Below, one piece after another: positions 9,101 through 10,286 of a stretch of 10,286 nucleotides of DNA; the stretch's first letter is position 1; each line of letters opens with the position of its first letter. The notes beneath the pieces are model-generated. The model was not told where the DNA came from and made no database searches. It worked only from the letters and a program-made list of their open reading frames with translations. Origin of the DNA: Elusimicrobiota bacterium. Lineage in GTDB: Bacteria > Elusimicrobiota > Elusimicrobia > UBA1565. The position numbers and the translations under genes are program-made. Where the stretch lies: the NCBI GenBank assembly GCA_043819795.1, contig JBDREN010000229.1:1-10286 (forward strand). Direction: 5' to 3'.

Positions 9101-10284
9101 TCGAAGTCGCCGCCGTCGAAGGTCGCTCCGCCGACCTGGGCGAAGTCGCCCGCGAACCCGGAGCCCGCGGCACCCCCCGCCGTGCTCAGGAACAGGCCGT
9201 AGAGGTCGTTGTTGTTCGTCGCGTCGAGCTGAGCGGGGACATCCTCGCGGTTGATGGCCGCCAGGTATTTCCCGCCGCCCATGGCCACGGATACCGTCCA
9301 CGCGGCCTTGCCGGACACGGCCGACGCCACCGTCTCGGCCGAGCCGATCGGGCTCAGGTCCGAAGCGAAGCTTCTTTGCTGGATGGTCGCGGTCGAGGAG
9401 AAGAGCTCCCCGTCCATCCACGTGATGATGTACTCCGAACCGTTCGGAACGATCGTCGGGAACACCTGGGTGCCCGGGGCATCGGCGATCGGCATGCTGG
9501 AGGACACCACTCCCGCGACGGAGACCTTCGCCGCGTAGAGATCCCACGTGCCGGCCGGGTCGTCATGGTACGCCACCACGAAATCCGTCCCGTCGAAGAT
9601 CACAGGAGCCGGGTTGTCGCTCAGGAACGCGTTCTGGTGGATCGGAATCTCTCCGCCGCTCAACGTCCCATCGGGCAGCACGAACTGGCCCCCCACGTTG
9701 TTCATATCGCTGAACGTGACCAGATACTTGCCGCCGCCGAACGCCACGGAAGCGTCCTTCTGATTGTTCGCCTTCGAGCTGATGACGAACTCCCCACCCA
9801 CCAGGGATCCTGCCTGCGATACCCGCTGCCCGTAAACGTCCTTGTCGCCCGAGCGCACGTCGTTCCACACGACCAGATAGTCGGTGCCGTCGAAGGCGAG
9901 CGCCGACTCGGATATGGTGGAGGTGGCGACGGTGAACGCCCCGCCCACCAGGCCGCCCGCCGTGTCGACGAACTGGCCCTTGATCGAGCTGACAACGGGA
10001 TCCCCCCCCGTTTCGGAGATGATCAGGTAGTTGGTCCCGTCGAAGGCCACCAGGGGCGCCCCTTCCATGCCGCTGGCGCCCGAGACGTTGATGAGCGAGC
10101 CTACCGCTGAGCCCGAGACGTCGTAGCGCTGAGCGTAGATGGTGTAGACGGACGTCGTGGAGTTGATGTTCGAGTACGCGACGAGGAAGTTCGTCCCGTC
10201 GAAAGCGACGCTATGGAACCCGGCCATTTCGTCTTCGTCGGTCTCGGCGATGACGAACTCCTGCGCGCCCTTGGCGTGGACCAG
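1..10284 (-). CDS. Giant multidomain secreted/surface protein (adhesin-like; beta-propellers, prealbumin-like sandwiches, LecA-like lectins, beta-helix, FN3); partial at both ends, >=3,428 aa
   Basis: Manual translation of the minus frame starting at 10284 (LVHAKGAQEFVIAETDEDEMAGFHSVAFDGTNFLVAY...) and ending at 1 (...GATAYHLLNAGAGAVASLA) has no stop: no tta/cta/tca triplet occurs in + frame 1. Third positions are strongly G/C biased. Composition is G/S/T/A/V/D-rich, Cys-poor and beta-strand-like, with recognisable repeat motifs throughout. Confidence 0.97.
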   Translation of the reverse strand, partial: MVHAKGAQEFVIAETDEDEMAGFHSVAFDGTNFLVAYSNINSTTSVYTIYAQRYDVSGSAVGSLINVSGASGMEGAPLVAFDGTNYLIISETGGDPVVSSIKGQFVDTAGGLVGGAFTVATSTISESALAFDGTDYLVVWNDVRSGDKDVYGQRVSQAGSLVGGEFVISSKANNQKDASVAFGGGKYLVTFSDMNNVGGQFVLPDGTLSGGEIPIHQNAFLSDNPAPVIFDGTDFVVAYHDDPAGTWDLYAAKVSVAGVVSSSMPIADAPGTQVFPTIVPNGSEYIITWMDGELFSSTATIQQRSFASDLSPIGSAETVASAVSGKAAWTVSVAMGGGKYLAAINREDVPAQLDATNNNDLYGLFLSTAGGAAGSGFAGDFAQVGGATFDGGDFDMGTAVAVDTFTAGGPYVYAVAMSSQTGMEQALVVKYDSSGTLISSTTFSDGVGLDIALNTNGVYVTAQQLSPLAWVTLRYNLDLSFSTSAYLMGDFGARGIALDDSGSVYVAGGGGTPPNDFKVVKYDWNLNFVNSATFDGGAEEYGRSVAVDGSGSVYVTGESLQGGATRFVTVKYDPTLVMLASATYADGMPFISRHEGMERLSIAAGHASGFVYVVGTDGMASPSNRDILTIKYDTNLAQITTATYAAGQEGADVAVDVFDNVYVIGDAYYDGSPTGDDWVAIQYDQDLVIQSTKGYAGSGGDYPQGIALDSFNYAYVTGASSPDPFDDSTFDMRTMKFAMPAAPPLSVAQAFPPALNFTNGQSADLVLGQDNFTAALKNKDGTNTVNQSGLRSPYDITVDPEGRVWVVGYGNSRMLRFDSLSANGENASLVLGAADFASSGCPGSTSAKDFCNQFGATVDSEGNLWVGDTGRGRVLRFSPPFSNYQAADLVIGEPTFTSLSYGPSQTDLGGPSDLAIGPDGALWVADYDNTRILRFSPPFANGMAADVVLGQGDFVSNGGGTTATKFSDLEGIAVDAAGNVWVGDDGNNRVLRFSPPFTNGMAADLVLGQTDFVTGTAGLLSSSAGLEFDAAGNLWVLNYDHTRILRFDAPITGGNPAPSVVIGQPDFATFDFATTAAGFAGVYRDIALDRQGNLWVSDTSSNRVMRFSGSAGGAAPTASTVTVTGHLAAASGVEASSPGESVAGVGVILDTSTANPPTIYLLTQNMANYSAALVKLSSAGVFISSTSDVHSAGHYSPTVDLSGFLYVGGNLVDQVTYASTGTLRKYSSSLERVAQVQVDPAVTGGYMDLIAVNDVLFTVNDGGGSGNAKVFKFDTTTMSLLSTATIAGFAYGHAIAADPQNQLVYATAGTDITGGSRVIRKYDFNLNQLGSTDISGQVPREGGLAVGSAGDVFVSYYIEASSQAKVAKFSSGLAFQNDVTMTTAAIAGKPHNLRTANNHVYSIWEANPGPFGDYKLYEHNENLGFVSSTQYDRNGEDDEGKALAVHGQYSYMAGASGSPTSKARLLRRSNNGYTPPLETDGFWGIAFDYMGNLWASNQGLDSVKKYVSPTSPVTEATAADAQLTGTPGPRGVAFDSAGNLWVNVSSAPAASGAPANLLAKFKDQGGGMISLTSSAVLSGNLDEANAFVFQKTNTGNLFVANEGAALPAEQSVVEFFNTGDLAAPSFDNISVNPFAYGSDLAEPTGIAFDTEKNLWVAAGSAIRMYPNIGGGTIDSSTAEVRTGLDKPFAIAFDNAGNLFVSNTDPGDAPGSGSLWRYQNWGTAFAVNLASAPVLVQSGVDIASLAFDPMSGALWGTEYNTSEVIQLSSAAAVGPQDFGAIAGQLSYTGSAGPGTYYLAVSPDPLKVELSDPGTQLVAVSSGTFLIPNLPAPSTYFIKALLDLDGSQSPDGFEPFGWYSVSTAPVPSAPVFVAANSTATGVNLQLFDLVAVTGTITNSSFQSGEIRVQAWLGPPSDTQPQNIFWDDGLGHGATQYAIYVPTTTGSNLYVEAYVDAFADMRKQPGEDGGVAGPLSPVTPGTTIFANIDIGFSSGALVFVQGQDMAPQSLPGDVYDRAMLGLAMYTDGGSAQMSSLRVSLGGDAPSAQVQASLFRDDNGTLALEPGAGQDGFMGSSFFGAGSPPQAVIHFTTETLSATTQYYFVALNYNNIPAGNEIGVGVEEPSHIGLSLGAMAPQPATYPIRSGIALVKFSLFANPDQGGYPIPGSIPIQGGFDTGLGVGVGQNVEINAAGSWGSGGGNPPSGPGGLGGQFGGLDPGFNIGALAARVGYSPWFQVGSSITFQSTQSGQLVLAMNDVDYSDNSGSISVDFKVLSSTVTRVWTGASIYNKDASTPDNWQGGVKPLSGDRVLFDGAVSSEDCKWDIVGIDLGLLTMTTSYAGTVRIVGPSGAGSYNQLNVSSHVIIRGGILDMGENTTLEVQGQVQVAGGTLDMGSQYTHLRAGRLGVVVSQGGTFRSVGYGWVVIEPVSSERVPFTVLDGTVNVNNMGYTQFDESAGVSILLTSAAVTSFDYVAFQNFGPNPLPSLILQAATPVAKTFRNHDYRMDVSTNVDAALVAPGSAITMLNASGEKFGSPNERDPFRVVTWIPDGGGQASVSGTVYFAGVPQSDYRLHASTDPRGAFHSAPPTCPPAPTTGGGAMACEIVVSSGIPYNVVGLPAPNTWYFFAYLDGSYDNMPNGFEPRGGYQNPGSLRSDPVFLNTGASASSVDITLEDWGLVEGNVTNDSNQFGPIVILAALSGSTTTVEARGYAPDAGGFYSLYTRAATYDMIAFVDVNGNGEPDDFEASGTAAGVAVTALSTTTSVNIAITGGSAVAGGVGVVTPQTAHEGFIGTNGDNAMLRLDVFAAASDITLNGLRVDFSGSVPPNNYSIALWRDDNFNQLFDPYAMGGAGANDMQVAYREYSGGTSSGTLNLWGAEQLLSGTTRTFFVTLDLYGQKIPVAALKLAASTYFGLSQGEMADQPGLYPIQTSSAAVLFAVPADMYVQAPADGGIDTGLFVETGLTVTVTATGTWSLDGYQDVGPGGLPGTEYQNTVLPDAKRGELIGRIGGGWSWFRVGTGTSVVAETPGTLFLGMNDFGGDYFNNTGHVYADFSISGSTTGAVEGTITYLGAQTGDLFVRASEVYCPTCQPFIASTATLTLIPGTTLYNYTLGGLRPGMYDVDAYVQSSPSQRGGATGVNVVSGSTATGVDFELSLGAASIAGAISYQGYQNFGDYYVLVTTVTDLEGHVEFAGELIQSASGPYTLSGLKAPATYYILAFRDGNYDGRPEGPEPFGALASVAPEALSIYGSSQVLTAVVVNPGDSLTGKNITMTDRGAVNGRLYFQVAVAGDPRIVVQAAHGLPGSPGYTIDNRSFVRPGPVAAGSMIDYQVDLLRPATDYSIFAFVDSNLNKTHDPGEFFGQTQQLRSVPQGGGVNIDVQIKGPQAPGEVLGFAGSALSTTQVRWMWDASPGATAYHLLNAGAGAVASLA
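145..1113 (-). other. Three tandem prealbumin-like beta-sandwich domains, T5 (829-1113), T6 (469-828), T7 (145-468)
   Basis: T5: GAVEGTITY...YTLGGLRPGMYDVDAY...GVDFEL. T6: ASIAGAISY...YTLSGLKAPATYYILAFRD...KNITMTD. T7: GAVNGRLY...LLRPATDYSIFAFVD...IDVQI. The YTLxGLxPGxYxV motif is typical of CarboxypepD_reg-like domains. Confidence 0.7.
1129..1488 (-). other. LecA/PA-IL-like lectin domain, copy 2
   Basis: GGIDTGLFVETGLTVTVTATGTWSLDGYQDVGPGGLPGTEYQNTVLPDAKRGELIGRIG...FRVG...GTLFLGMNDFGGDYFNNTGHVYADF. It aligns without gaps to remembered LecA residues 30-70 and 98-110. Confidence 0.85.
1489..1965 (-). other. Unassigned ~155-aa beta-sandwich domain X, copy 2
   Basis: AMLRLDVFAAASDITLNGLRVDFSG...ALWRDDNFNQLFD...TTRTFFVTLD...YFGLSQGEMADQPGLYPIQT. 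Confidence 0.6.
1987..2640 (-). other. Two tandem prealbumin-like beta-sandwich domains, T3 (2272-2640) and T4 (1987-2271)
   Basis: T3: ASVSGTVYF...GLPAPNTWYFFAYLDGSYDNMPNGFEPRGGY...VDITLED. T4: LVEGNVTN...TYDMIAFVDVNGNGEPDDFE...VNIAIT. These are homologous to T1 and T2. Confidence 0.68.
2650..3462 (-). other. Predicted right-handed beta-helix domain with WxG...NW..P..GD.V.F N-cap
   Basis: Cap RVWTGASIYNKDASTPDNWQGGVKPLSGDRVLFD, then rung-like repeats (HVIIRGGILDMG, QVQVAGGTLDMG, GVVVSQGGTFRS, FTVLDGTVNV), ending ITMLNASGEKFGSPNERDPFRVVTW. Confidence 0.65.
3478..3840 (-). other. LecA/PA-IL-like lectin domain, copy 1
   Basis: GGFDTGL...VEINAAGSW...GPGG...GALAARVG...FQVG...SGQLVLAMNDVDYSDNSGSISVDF. 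Compare P. aeruginosa LecA as recalled from memory: ITIVAAGW...GPQG...GALVMKIG...[25 protein letters not shown]. Confidence 0.8.
3841..4305 (-). other. Unassigned ~155-aa beta-sandwich domain X, copy 1
   Basis: AMLGLAMYTDGGSAQMSSLRVSLGG...SLFRDDNG...TTQYYFVALN...HIGLSLGAMAPQPATYPIRS aligns motif by motif with copy 2 at 1489-1965. Confidence 0.6.
4321..4953 (-). other. Two tandem carboxypeptidase-regulatory-like (prealbumin-fold) beta-sandwich domains, T1 (4627-4953) and T2 (4321-4626)
   Basis: Each ~100-aa unit starts with an (I/V)xGx(I/L) strand (GAIAGQLSY; AVTGTITN). It then has a Y-x-(I/V)-x-A-x-x-D strand plus a 12-residue acidic loop, and ends in (V/I)(N/D)(L/I) (GVNLQLFD; NIDIG). Confidence 0.65.
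4987..5850 (-). repeat. Propeller 5: six NHL/SGL-like repeats
   Basis: WGIAFDYMGNLWAS, PRGVAFDSAGNLWVN, AFVFQKTNTGNLFVAN, PTGIAFDTEKNLWVA, PFAIAFDNAGNLFVSN, SLAFDPMSGALWGT. Confidence 0.85.
5881..6930 (-). repeat. Propeller 4: divergent seven-bladed SBBP-like propeller
   Basis: Seven blades: GVILDTSTANPPTIYLL..VKLS, TVDLSGFLYVG..RKYS, LIAVNDVLFTV..FKFD, AIAADPQNQLVYAT..RKYD, LAVGSAGDVFVS..AKFS, LRTANNHVYSI..YEHN, ALAVHGQYSYMAG..LLRR. Confidence 0.72.
6961..8016 (-). repeat. Propeller 3: six long NHL repeats with 'ADLVLGQxDF' insert
   Basis: Six units of (A/S)D(L/V)V(L/I)GQxDF...DxxGNLWVxDxxNxR(V/I)LRF, for example ADLVLGQDNF, ADVVLGQGDF, ADLVLGQTDF, SVVIGQPDF and DRQGNLWVSDTSSNRVMRF. Unit length is 55-64 aa. 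Confidence 0.9.
8071..9144 (-). repeat. Propeller 2: seven SBBP-like repeats (seven-bladed beta-propeller)
   Basis: Blades AVAVDTFTAGGPYVYAV, DIALNTNGVYVT, GIALDDSGSVYVAG, SVAVDGSGSVYVTGES, SIAAGHASGFVYVVG, DVAVDVFDNVYVIG, GIALDSFNYAYVTG, each followed by a (V/I)KYD-type strand. This matches the remembered SBBP consensus IAVDxxGNVYVTG...xxKYD. Confidence 0.85.
9181..10260 (-). repeat. Propeller 1: seven 'VAFDGTNYLVxW'-type repeats (predicted 7-bladed beta-propeller)
   Basis: Repeat cores: VAFDGTNFLVAY, VAFDGTNYLII, LAFDGTDYLVVW, VAFGGGKYLVTF, VIFDGTDFVVAY, IVPNGSEYIITW, VAMGGGKYLAAI. Each is followed by an (I/V/L)Y(A/G)Q(R/F)-like strand, with about 50 aa spacing. Confidence 0.85.
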
Positions 10285-10286
10285 CG

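Noticed and set aside
1811..9995. Minus-strand ORFs in the track (e.g. 1811-2428, 2456-3328, 4247-5839, 6524-7345, 8816-9547) and the short + strand ORFs
   Set aside because: They are out of frame with the giant ORF and give Arg/Gly/Pro- or Ser/Pro/Thr-rich, motif-free translations expected from shifted frames of a GC3-rich gene.
40..10110. Long + strand ORFs (40-993, 1150-2136, 2545-5028, 5947-6879, 6907-10110; up to 1,067 aa) as real or overlapping genes
   Set aside because: All lie in + frame 1, exactly codon-in-register with the minus-strand gene. That frame is closed only where the real gene uses rare CTA (991, 2134, 5026, 5665) or TCA (5056, 6877, 10108) codons. The products are R/V/G/H-rich with no motifs. 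This is the standard antisense shadow in high-GC genes.
10225..10227. First in-frame ATG (…DEDEM…) as the start codon
   Set aside because: It falls inside the first propeller repeat, no signal peptide follows it, and the frame is open upstream to the window edge.
9181..10260. Slightly more A/T-ending codons in propeller 1 (41/360 by hand count) than in 1-1080 (25/360), suggesting a recently acquired tip domain
   Set aside because: The difference is small, based on a hand count of only two segments, and 5' regions of genes often have relaxed codon bias. It is insufficient to claim mosaic origin.
1..10286. Toxin, RHS/YD, RTX, intein, protease or glycoside-hydrolase modules within the giant protein
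   Set aside because: I found no YD-repeat core, GGxGxD nonapeptide arrays, intein termini or recognisable catalytic motifs in the translated portion. Such domains could still lie outside the window.

Overview
The whole 10,286-nt window is the interior of one giant gene on the minus strand. I translated the frame running 10284->1 by hand and found 3,428 codons with no stop. It is open at both window edges, which is probably why the supplied ORF track lacks it. Third-position GC is very high (about 90% in the stretches I counted). The long + strand ORFs in the track are its in-register antisense shadows. The product looks like a secreted or surface mega-protein (adhesin-like). From N to C it has five tandem beta-propellers (7+7+6+7+6 blades: DGTNYLV-type, SBBP-like, NHL, SBBP-like, NHL-like). 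Next come two copies of a cassette [two carboxypeptidase-regulatory/prealbumin-like sandwiches with EF-hand-like Ca2+ loops + an unassigned ~155-aa sandwich + a LecA/PA-IL-like lectin], separated by a capped beta-helix. Three more prealbumin-like domains and the start of a fibronectin type III domain follow. No RNA genes, mobile elements, CRISPR arrays or intergenic DNA were seen. Domain names come from motif recognition, not database searches.
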